NCBI GenBank assembly: GCA_033813415.1
Contig: JAPXRV010000005.1
Location: 6,164-70,163 of the forward strand
Length of the DNA stretch: 64,000 nt
Source of the DNA: Opitutales bacterium
Lineage (GTDB): Bacteria; Verrucomicrobiota; Verrucomicrobiia; Opitutales; JAFGAQ01
Direction of reading: 5' to 3'
Of this stretch, positions 1 to 7,772 are shown one piece after another. The notes below the pieces were generated by a model, which had not been told where the DNA came from, did no database searches, and worked only from the letters and a program-made list of their open reading frames with translations. How positions within the stretch are numbered: the first letter of the stretch is position 1; each line of letters starts with the position of its first letter. The translations under genes and the position numbers were made by a program.

Positions 1-180
1 CCATAGTTGGATCATAGGCCATTGATGTATGCTCGATCACGCAATCAGGAAGAAGATGATTTCGCATTGCGGGATACGATCGGAGATAGACCTCAGCCTC
101 TCATGAATCTCAAGGCACGAAAGTCATCAAGAATCCAAAGGTTTGCATGAGAGTGGAAGTCGTTCCACAATCTGCAATTC

Positions 181-720
181 ATGATGGACTCGCTGCTTCA
201 GAATATCTACGGGCTTAACCGGGACCGGTCGAGTGGGCATGAGAAGCCGCACAAGCCGGTGTTGTTGTTGGCGGCTCTGGAGTTGATCGACAAGGGGCTG
301 GCTTCCCCGGGGAGGATCCCTTTCGGGGATGATTTGCGGGAGGCGTTTGGGCGTTTTTTCGCCGTGGTGAGGCAGGGGAATGACAAGCCGACGATCGAGA
401 ATCCGTTTTATTACCTGCAGAGCGACGGGTTGACTTTCGTGGATGCGGCCCACCTGATTCCGTTTTCCGAGTCCCACAATGATCACCCGTCGAACGGGAT
501 TGCGCTTTGCAAGAATCATCACTGGGCGATGGATCGCAACCTGATCGCCCCAGGGGATGATGGGCGCTGGCATGTGTCCCCACTGCTGAAACAGCAGCGT
601 TCCACCGGCGAGGCGGCGTTATTGGGGTTGGATGGTCTGGAGTTGCTCCCGCCGCATGATGCGAAGTTCTTTCCGGCGGCGGATAGTCTGCGATGGCGCC
701 TGGAGCGTCTGGCGCAGTGA
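181..720 (+). CDS. HNH endonuclease family protein (HNH_2-like), short form apparently lacking the usual middle segment
   Basis: 179-aa ORF. The C-terminus (VDAAHLIPFSESHNDHPSNGIALCKNHHWAMDRNLI) carries the His-Asn-His core. The N-terminus (HKPVLLLAALELIDKG...NPFYYLQSDG) matches the N-domain commonly fused to this nuclease. The two parts are joined directly. Confidence 0.6.
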   Translation: MMDSLLQNIYGLNRDRSSGHEKPHKPVLLLAALELIDKGLASPGRIPFGDDLREAFGRFFAVVRQGNDKPTIENPFYYLQSDGLTFVDAAHLIPFSESHNDHPSNGIALCKNHHWAMDRNLIAPGDDGRWHVSPLLKQQRSTGEAALLGLDGLELLPPHDAKFFPAADSLRWRLERLAQ

Positions 721-905
721 GGGGTTTTGTTCCGCTGGAAAATGATATTGTTTTGGGTTGACCCGTTGGATGGGATAAAAGACATCTTCTCGGGTCTGCG
801 CGAAAGGCCTTTCGGTCATGGACGGCATTCCGGAGGGATGCGTTTCAGGTCAGGGAAAGGGTGAGTGCGGACAGAAGGTTCAAGCCTGCCCTGCCCCTTT
901 TGTTC

Positions 906-3443
906 ATGTCCCGTAGCTCCCGAAAGTTGATCCGTATTCTGATCGTGTATGCGATCGTGCTCTCGGTATCGTATGCTCTGAGGTTCTGGCTTGGAGGGGA
1001 TGCGGCCGAAGGCTTTCCCGGTATCCGGTTCAAGGGCAAGGAGGTGTCGGATGAGACCTATATTGGCCGGCGGGTTCCACTCTATTACTCCGGGTTGGGG
1101 CACACTGATTCCGGAATGAATCCGGTAGTCTGGATTGTGGAGGACAGCGCATTCCCTCCGGAGGTTCATCCCGACGAGCGGCCGGGTTGGCTGATCCCTT
1201 TGCAGAAGAGGGGCGCCGATCTTGCGGTGTCCACTCAGATTGCCTATGTGGAGCAGATCCTGAAGCGGGAAGGGGTGGCTTCGGCGCATATCGTTGCGGA
1301 GGGTCTGGGAGCTGCGGTTGCACTTGGAATGGGGCACTCGGGCGCGGTGGATCCGCTTTCCCTCGTGCTGTTGGATCCGGATGGCCTGCTGGAATATGAA
1401 TTGTTGGGCGATCCGGTCATCAACCGGAGCATACGGGTTTTTGAGTGGCTTGTGTGTGCGGGTCTGCGTTACACGGTTCCGTTTTCATGGGTGGTGGACA
1501 GGAGAGACTACCTCTACAAGCGCATGGGGCGTGCGAAATTGCTTTTCCAGAGTGACCTCGAGAACGTGAGAGAAAATGCGTTGGCGTATGCGGCTCCGGT
1601 TTGGGTCCGGGACTCGCGGGCAGTTGAGAGTCCGCGCGGATCGAATGCGCTTGATATGCATCGGATCTTGCCGCAGAGCACGTTGTCAATGCACGATGGG
1701 GTCCCCGATGATGCGGGCTTTGCTGCGTTTTGGAATAGAGTCGAGATTGGTCAAGCCGTGCGGAGGGAGCAGGCACCAGCGGAACGCGTGGCGGAGTCTT
1801 TGCGCCCGGTCGACGAGGTGTTTGATCTGAGTTTCTCCGGTAAGGCGCTCATCGGCGTGTTGTTGCTGATCTGCCTTTCGACGATCATGAGTGAGGATTT
1901 GGCCTGTGTGGCAACGGGGTTGCTGGTTGCCCGCGGTAGTGTTGGATTCTGGGAGGCATCGGCTGCGTGTCTCGCGGGGATCATGATCGGAGACGTGGGG
2001 CTCTATTTGTTGGGGCGCGCCTTCGGGCGGCGGGTGCTCCGCCATCGTCCGTTCCGCTGGTTCATTTCGGCAAAGGCGGTGGATGCGAGTGAGGCGTGGT
2101 TTGAGAGGCGTGGGCCATGGGTGATCATCGCCAGCCGGTTTATTCCAGGCTCGCGGGCCCCAATATACATGGCAGCGGGCATTCTGAGGATGTCCCTGGT
2201 GCAATTCTCGCTATACCTGGGCGGCGCTTCGTTAATTGCCACGCCCGCCCTGATCTTTGTTTCCAGTTTTCTCGGAGCTCCGATCCTATCCTTGTTTGAG
2301 GCGATGGAGCATTTCTCGATACTTGGAATTCTCGCGGTCGTGGTGGCTACGTTCATCACAATCCAGATCATTCTGCCGATCTTCAGTTTCAGGAGCCGGC
2401 GGATCGCATGGGGGCGTTGGAGGCGACTGACCCATTGGGAATACTGGCCATCCTGCTTTTTGTATCCGCCCGTCGTGCTATACATCCTGTGGCTGGGCCT
2501 GCGATATCGGAATTTCACGCTTTTCACACTCAGCAACCCGATGCTGGATTGCGGTGGATTGATCGGGGAATCGAAGAGTCGCATCCTGGATCACCTCCGG
2601 GAGGCCGGGGTTCCGGTGGCGGATTTTGCGATTCTTCCGTCCGGAGAGAATGTGGAAGCGAGGTTGGCGCGGGTGCGGGCGTTTCAGGACGCGAAGGTTC
2701 CTTCGCATTACCCGCTGGTGATCAAGCCGGATATCGGAGAGCGCGGCCGTGGAGTTCAGATCGTGCGTGATGATGACTCACTGAGCGCGGCTCTCGCCGG
2801 GGCGGATTCCGGGGATTGGATTGTTCAGCGATACGTGGAGGGATCGGAGTATGGAGTGTTTTATCAACGCCGTCCGGATGAACCTCGGGGGCAAATCACT
2901 TCGATTACGGAAAAGGTGTATACCTCGGTGATCGGGGACGGGGTTCGGGATCTGCAGGACTTGATCCTTCGTGATAACCGGGCGGTCTGCTATGCCGACA
3001 TTCTCCTCAGGGCCCATTCCGCCCGCTTGTTTGAGGTTCCCGGAAAAGGGGAGGAAGTGCGCATCGTCGAAATCGGAACCCATGCACGCGGGAGTTTGTT
3101 TTTGGATGGCAGGCACTTGCTCACAAGTGAACTGGAGCGGGCGATCGATCATTTTGCCTCCCGCATTTCCGGGTTTCATCTGGGAAGGTTTGACTTGAAG
3201 GTGCCATCAGCGGACGCTTTGCGGAAGGGGGAACGTCTGGAAGTTATCGAGTTGAACCTCCTTACTTCCGAACCATCCCATATCTACGATCCGCGCCACA
3301 GTCTCTTCCACGCCTGGGCGAGCCTGATGGCTCAGTGGAAGGTGGCGTTCGAAACCGGAGATCATTACCGCAAGCAGGGATGCCGCTCCATGAGCCTGGC
3401 AAAACTCGCCAGGATTGTGTGGAAGCGCGTCGCGGAGAATTGA
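906..3443 (+). CDS. multidomain membrane protein: degenerate alpha/beta-hydrolase-like domain + DedA/VTT (SNARE-associated) domain + C-terminal ATP-grasp ligase domain
   Basis: The ORF is open from GTG 861. The first ATG is at 906 (MSRSSRKLIRILIVYAIVL, a TM segment). GDVGLYLLGRAFGRR...IIASRFIPGSRAPIYMAAG is a DedA/VTT signature. PLVIKPDIGERGRGV, WIVQRYVEGSEYGVFY and LEVIELN are ATP-grasp elements. In the N-domain, AEGLG sits where a GxSxG nucleophile elbow would be. Confidence 0.75.
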   Translation: MSRSSRKLIRILIVYAIVLSVSYALRFWLGGDAAEGFPGIRFKGKEVSDETYIGRRVPLYYSGLGHTDSGMNPVVWIVEDSAFPPEVHPDERPGWLIPLQKRGADLAVSTQIAYVEQILKREGVASAHIVAEGLGAAVALGMGHSGAVDPLSLVLLDPDGLLEYELLGDPVINRSIRVFEWLVCAGLRYTVPFSWVVDRRDYLYKRMGRAKLLFQSDLENVRENALAYAAPVWVRDSRAVESPRGSNALDMHRILPQSTLSMHDGVPDDAGFAAFWNRVEIGQAVRREQAPAERVAESLRPVDEVFDLSFSGKALIGVLLLICLSTIMSEDLACVATGLLVARGSVGFWEASAACLAGIMIGDVGLYLLGRAFGRRVLRHRPFRWFISAKAVDASEAWFERRGPWVIIASRFIPGSRAPIYMAAGILRMSLVQFSLYLGGASLIATPALIFVSSFLGAPILSLFEAMEHFSILGILAVVVATFITIQIILPIFSFRSRRIAWGRWRRLTHWEYWPSCFLYPPVVLYILWLGLRYRNFTLFTLSNPMLDCGGLIGESKSRILDHLREAGVPVADFAILPSGENVEARLARVRAFQDAKVPSHYPLVIKPDIGERGRGVQIVRDDDSLSAALAGADSGDWIVQRYVEGSEYGVFYQRRPDEPRGQITSITEKVYTSVIGDGVRDLQDLILRDNRAVCYADILLRAHSARLFEVPGKGEEVRIVEIGTHARGSLFLDGRHLLTSELERAIDHFASRISGFHLGRFDLKVPSADALRKGERLEVIELNLLTSEPSHIYDPRHSLFHAWASLMAQWKVAFETGDHYRKQGCRSMSLAKLARIVWKRVAEN

Positions 3444-3800
3444 GAGCAGGCTTATCATGTGCCGGGTGCCGATGCCCTGCATGGTGGGCTGAATGCGTCA
3501 CCTGACCCTTGGGCGTTGCCGACCCGAACCGCCGGGCTCGGACCAGCGGTTTCATCGAATCATGCGGATGGGATCCCCGCTACTCTTCCCGGATCAGGGT
3601 GCCGTGCGGAATCAGGTTCTCGTAATCTTCGAGACTTCCCTTGTCCATCAACAAAGCCTTCAAGGAATACATGGGAATGACTCCCGGAGAATGGCGCCAG
3701 CGATCCCGCCGGAGGGGGTCCGGAATCCAAAGAGATGGATCGGAATGTTGAAAACGGGTTTTCCGGGCGGCGGTGTGGATGCCGCCGGGAAACGAAATGA

Positions 3801-4835
3801 TCAGGGCTTGGCGAGGAAGCGGTTGACTTCAACCCAATGCATGAAGGACTCGAACCAACGGTTGCTCGTCCGGTCGGGATAGCCCAGTCCGAAGCCGTGT
3901 CCACCATTCTGGTAGAGATGGAACTCCACCGGCACACCGGCTTCGAACCAGGACTTGACAACCCCAAATTCTCCCTGGAAGAGAAAGTCGTCGCTCGCGA
4001 TAACCGAGAACATCGGTGGAGCATTCTCCGGCACCTCAACCGCATTCATGCCTCCGTAGACTGGTGCGATAAAGGCAAGTTTCATGGTCTTGGAGTTGAG
4101 GGTGCAATGCATGGTGAGCCCGGCTCCGGCCGAGAATCCCATCATCCCGATGCGATTCACATCCACTCCCCATTCATCGGCCCTATCCAGAATCATGGCG
4201 TAGGCGGTTTCGGCATCGGTGAGTTGGTTGGACAAGTCCCAGTCCGGACGCTTCGGGCGTGGAGTGGATTCGGATGCGGATGCGCCTTCCCCTGCTTCGG
4301 CGAACCGGCGGTTCATCTGGTTCTCAAATTCCTCCAGTGAATCCACCGTCGGTTGGAGCCGGTACTTCAGAACGAACGCTGCGATACCATGGTCAGCAAG
4401 TGCTTTCGCGACTTTCCATCCCTCGTTGTGCATGGATAACCACATAAAGCCTCCTCCAGGAGCCACAATGACAGCCGCTCCGGTTGCTTTGTCCGGATCC
4501 GGAAGAAAGGGCGTCAGCGTCGCAGTGGAGATATTGCGGGCCATCGGTTCGCCCCATTGGCGGAACCAGCTTTCGGGTGCGGTCTGTCCCTCCACTCCGC
4601 CGGTTCCGAGCAGGATCGCATTCGGTTCTTCAGGAGCTTCGAGCGGGTAGATCTTCCCATCCTGACCCATCAAGGGTGAGATAAGGGCCGAAAGCGAAAC
4701 CAGAAGCGTTGCTTTCAAACCGCGGCTGAACTTGCAGGGGTGGACCCTGTTAAGAAATATTTCCGGGGATAACATGAGTCCATCTATAATTGAGGCGCCT
4801 CTCGGGTATGAATTCCTGAGCGACTTTACAGTCAA
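3801..4835 (-). CDS. secreted alpha/beta hydrolase (esterase/lipase-type, possible carbohydrate esterase)
   Basis: The 344-aa ORF has a VIVAPGGGF oxyanion-type motif, a GFSAGAG nucleophile elbow, and C-terminal D and H residues (ASDDFLF, GGHGF). It has an N-terminal signal-like segment. The start could instead be the internal Met at 4775. Confidence 0.8.
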   Translation of the reverse strand: MTVKSLRNSYPRGASIIDGLMLSPEIFLNRVHPCKFSRGLKATLLVSLSALISPLMGQDGKIYPLEAPEEPNAILLGTGGVEGQTAPESWFRQWGEPMARNISTATLTPFLPDPDKATGAAVIVAPGGGFMWLSMHNEGWKVAKALADHGIAAFVLKYRLQPTVDSLEEFENQMNRRFAEAGEGASASESTPRPKRPDWDLSNQLTDAETAYAMILDRADEWGVDVNRIGMMGFSAGAGLTMHCTLNSKTMKLAFIAPVYGGMNAVEVPENAPPMFSVIASDDFLFQGEFGVVKSWFEAGVPVEFHLYQNGGHGFGLGYPDRTSNRWFESFMHWVEVNRFLAKP

Positions 4836-4994
4836 GCCATTCAGGGCATTTGCGGAGAGGCGGTGCGGTTCCGGTAAGTGGCCGGACCTCAGGGCTAAGC
4901 GGGGAATCCGGAGATGGAACGAAAAACTTCATACACTTTGTAAGTATTGCAGTTGAGGTCTTGTTGATTTCCGTCTATTAATTGCCTCTGTTCT

Positions 4995-7082
4995 ATGCCC
5001 CAATCCGCCAAGATGATGCCACTATGGGCTGCCGCTTGCTTCGGCTTTGCAGTCTTCGCAGCCGGTCAGGATGTGCCATCCAATGAGGCCACCATTTCCA
5101 GTCCTGACGGGAGGACGGTTGTCAGCATCGGGATTTCCGGTGAGGGCGTTCCCTTCTACTCGGTGAATCGGGATGACACTGTCGTGCTGCTTCCGTCCAG
5201 CCTCGGAATTGTCCGGGAGGATGCCGACTTTTCCAGTAACCTTGTCTGGAAGGAAGCATCCCCTGTCGACATACACAAAGGATCCTACCGGATGGTGACG
5301 GGAAAACGCCGCATTTGCGCTTTCCATGCCCACACTCGAAAGATCACCTTCGAGGGGCCGGAGAGGGAGCGGATGGATATCGAGTTCTATGTGGCCAACG
5401 ACGGGTTCGCCTTTCGCTACGATTTTCCCACACCCTCTTCCAAAATCCGGGTGATTCAAAAGGAAATCTCCAGTTTCAAGTTGCCGCCGGATGCCAAAGC
5501 CTGGCTGACCCCTCATCGGAATGCCAGAACCGGTTGGTGTGACACCCAGCCAAGCTATGAGGAAAACTATCATGCGGGGATTCCGGTTGGGACTGAGGCG
5601 CCAGAGATTGCGGGCTGGTCTTTTCCGGCGCTTTTTCAAGCGGGCGAGAATTGGTTGCTGATCACGGAGAGTGGCCTGGACTCATCGTATTGCGGTTCCA
5701 GGCTGGCACAGAATTGTCCGGATGGAGAATATAGCATCGCATTTGCCCAGCCGAAGGAAGGCACCTGCACCCATGAGCATTATGTTCCGTGCACTTCTCC
5801 GATCTGTTCGGTGACAAGGGTTCTGCTGCCGCCGCCGCCTGCTATCCCTGAGGATTTGAACAAGGAAGAGAGGGAAGCGTATGTCGCCCAGTTGCCTTAT
5901 GCCCCGGGGACTTCCACGCCCGCGTCCGTCACTCCATGGAAGACCCCATGGCGGGTCACGATTCTCGGATCGCTCGCGAATGTGGTCGAAAGCACGCTTG
6001 TTTCGGATCTCGCACCTGCACCTGTTTCCCAATTCGAGTCCTGGACTCCCGGAATCGCCAGTTGGAGTTGGGGTCTTCTTCAGGATGAATCGGTCAATTT
6101 CGAGACCCAGAAGTCCTTCATTGGATTTGCGGCCAGAATGGGATGGAGCTATTGCCTGATTGATGCAGATTGGGATACCCGCATCAAACACGAGGGTATC
6201 CGTGAACTGGTCTCATACGCCGAATCCATGGGAATCGGAATTTTCCTCTGGTACAATGCGGCCGGGAAATGGAACAAAACCACTTACACTCCCAAAGGCC
6301 TTATGGACGATCCGATTGTCCGCAATACGGAGATGTCGCGCATCAGCCGTCTGGGTATCAAAGGGATCAAGGTGGACTACTGGCCGGGAGATGGCCAATC
6401 CTCCATCGCCTATTACCAAAACCTTCTCAACGATGCGGCCCGGCAAAAGCTGTTGGTTTGCCTCAGTGGAGGAACCATTCCGCGAGGTTGGAACCGCACC
6501 TATCCGAATCTCGTCACGCACGAGGCCGTGAAAGGATTTGAGCATTTGACTTACAACCAGGAGAGTGCGGATCTGGCGCCGTCTCATTGCACGATTTTAC
6601 CCTTCACGCGGAATGTGGTGGGTCCCATGGACTATGGCCCCGTTTGCCTGGATGAGATTCCTGATATCAGCCGTCGCACCAGCAATGCATTCGAGCTGGC
6701 ATTGGGGGTGATTTTTGAATCCCCGATCCAACACCTCGTCGATACCCCGGAGGGTATGGACAAGCAGCCCTACTTCGTGGTCGATTTCCTCCGTCAACTC
6801 CCAACCACATGGGACAACACCCAGCTCATCGAAGGGTTCCCCGGAAAGTATGTGATCCTCGCCCGCTACTCCGGGAAGCGGATACTCATCGCCGGAATCA
6901 ACGCCACAGATGAGGCGGTACCCGTGAGCCTCAAGCTCTACAACATGGGGATAACCGGAGGAGGGAAAATCATCACCGATGGATCGGATCCTCGTAGTTT
7001 CTCCTTAATCCGGACTCCCATGTATACCAAGTCTCTCACTCTCAAAATGGAGCCACTGGGCGGATTCATCGCGGAGTTCTAA
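4995..7082 (+). CDS. glycoside hydrolase family 97 (alpha-glucosidase/alpha-galactosidase type)
   Basis: The 695-aa ORF has a signal peptide. The GH97-like N-domain pattern is present (SSPDGRTVVSIG...VPFYSVNRDD...LPSSLGI). The TPWRVTILG motif and the catalytic-barrel segment (GIKGIKVDYW, HEAVKGFEH) are also present. Confidence 0.8.
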   Translation: MPQSAKMMPLWAAACFGFAVFAAGQDVPSNEATISSPDGRTVVSIGISGEGVPFYSVNRDDTVVLLPSSLGIVREDADFSSNLVWKEASPVDIHKGSYRMVTGKRRICAFHAHTRKITFEGPERERMDIEFYVANDGFAFRYDFPTPSSKIRVIQKEISSFKLPPDAKAWLTPHRNARTGWCDTQPSYEENYHAGIPVGTEAPEIAGWSFPALFQAGENWLLITESGLDSSYCGSRLAQNCPDGEYSIAFAQPKEGTCTHEHYVPCTSPICSVTRVLLPPPPAIPEDLNKEEREAYVAQLPYAPGTSTPASVTPWKTPWRVTILGSLANVVESTLVSDLAPAPVSQFESWTPGIASWSWGLLQDESVNFETQKSFIGFAARMGWSYCLIDADWDTRIKHEGIRELVSYAESMGIGIFLWYNAAGKWNKTTYTPKGLMDDPIVRNTEMSRISRLGIKGIKVDYWPGDGQSSIAYYQNLLNDAARQKLLVCLSGGTIPRGWNRTYPNLVTHEAVKGFEHLTYNQESADLAPSHCTILPFTRNVVGPMDYGPVCLDEIPDISRRTSNAFELALGVIFESPIQHLVDTPEGMDKQPYFVVDFLRQLPTTWDNTQLIEGFPGKYVILARYSGKRILIAGINATDEAVPVSLKLYNMGITGGGKIITDGSDPRSFSLIRTPMYTKSLTLKMEPLGGFIAEF

Positions 7083-7111
7083 GATAATCCTCAACAGCGG
7101 AGTTCGCGGAA

Positions 7112-7167
7112 AGCACGAAAGGGAATATAGAGGCGGCTCGTGAGGATGTTCCGTCCTGCCTTGGATC
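7112..7167. repeat. short intergenic repeat module (K/G type), copy 1
   Basis: It shares colinear blocks aagcacgaaaggg / gcggctcg / tgagga / cctgccttggat with 12154-12209. Confidence 0.7.
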
Positions 7168-7174
7168 AGGGTGA

Positions 7175-7530
7175 TTAAGACTGGACCGAACCCCGGATCA
7201 CGACAAACGAACCGTTTGAGGGGATCGTCATCCCGCGGAAGCGGTATTTGCCGGACGAGGATGCTGTGAAATCCAGCCTGATCGAGAAGCTGCGAGACCT
7301 CTTGAGAAGTGAAGAATGTTGCGTCCTTGTAGAATGGGCTTCGGGCCCGTTTGTATCCCGAGAGGTCCCGCAAAACGCCCGGTGCCGACGCCGACCTCCA
7401 GTGCGTTGGTTACATCCGGTGGCATGCAATCCCGGATTGCGTCCAGCTCAATCCGGTAGACCTCAGGGTGGCCGTCAAACCAACCATCATAGCGTTCGCT
7501 AAGCTGGTCAAATGCGTTGGATCCAGCCAT
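7175..7530 (-). pseudogene. class I SAM-dependent methyltransferase, decayed (internal deletion plus frameshifts)
   Basis: The N-terminus with the SAM motif ALEVGVGTGRFAGPLGI is in one frame (7530 down to ~7345). The segment SPFYKDATFFTSQEVSQLLDQAGF is in a second frame. The C-terminal GSFVVIRGSVQS* is in a third frame. The total span is about 118 codons, versus roughly 200 for this family. Confidence 0.65.
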
Positions 7531-7772
7531 TAAAAGGTCAGGACTTTGTCACTGTCCACGACCCACTCAGCCAATTCGGGCATCGTGGATTTCGCTGCTC
7601 CATCGAAGTAAGGATGGTTTTTGTAGATGCCGCAGCGGGCCATGCAGGTCCCGCAAACTTTGACGGTGACGCCTTTGGCAATGAGGTCCCGAAGCATCTG
7701 TGAAAGGTCCTGATCGTAATTGGCGGGCGGTTTGCAAACATCGCGTGCCATGTCGACGGAATCATTCATCAA
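7530..7772 (-). CDS. DsrE/TusD-family protein fragment (C-terminal two-thirds only)
   Basis: The 80-aa ORF (PPANYDQDL...GVTVKVCGTCMARCGI...MPELAEWVVDSDKVLTF) aligns by eye to the distal part of DsrE/TusD-like proteins. The N-terminal strand-helix is missing. Its start overlaps the upstream stop as ATGA. Confidence 0.5.
   Translation of the reverse strand: MMNDSVDMARDVCKPPANYDQDLSQMLRDLIAKGVTVKVCGTCMARCGIYKNHPYFDGAAKSTMPELAEWVVDSDKVLTF

Noticed and set aside
3580-3801. A protein-like minus-strand frame directly after the esterase stop (...ISFPGGIHTAARKTRFQHSDPSLWIPDPLRRDRWRHSPGVIPMYSLKALLMDKGSLEDYENLIPHGTLIREE*).
   Set aside because: The only start codon gives a 30-aa peptide (ATG at 3672), and no ATG/GTG/TTG lies upstream in the frame. 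I could not assign a family. It is possibly another gene remnant, but the evidence is too thin to annotate.
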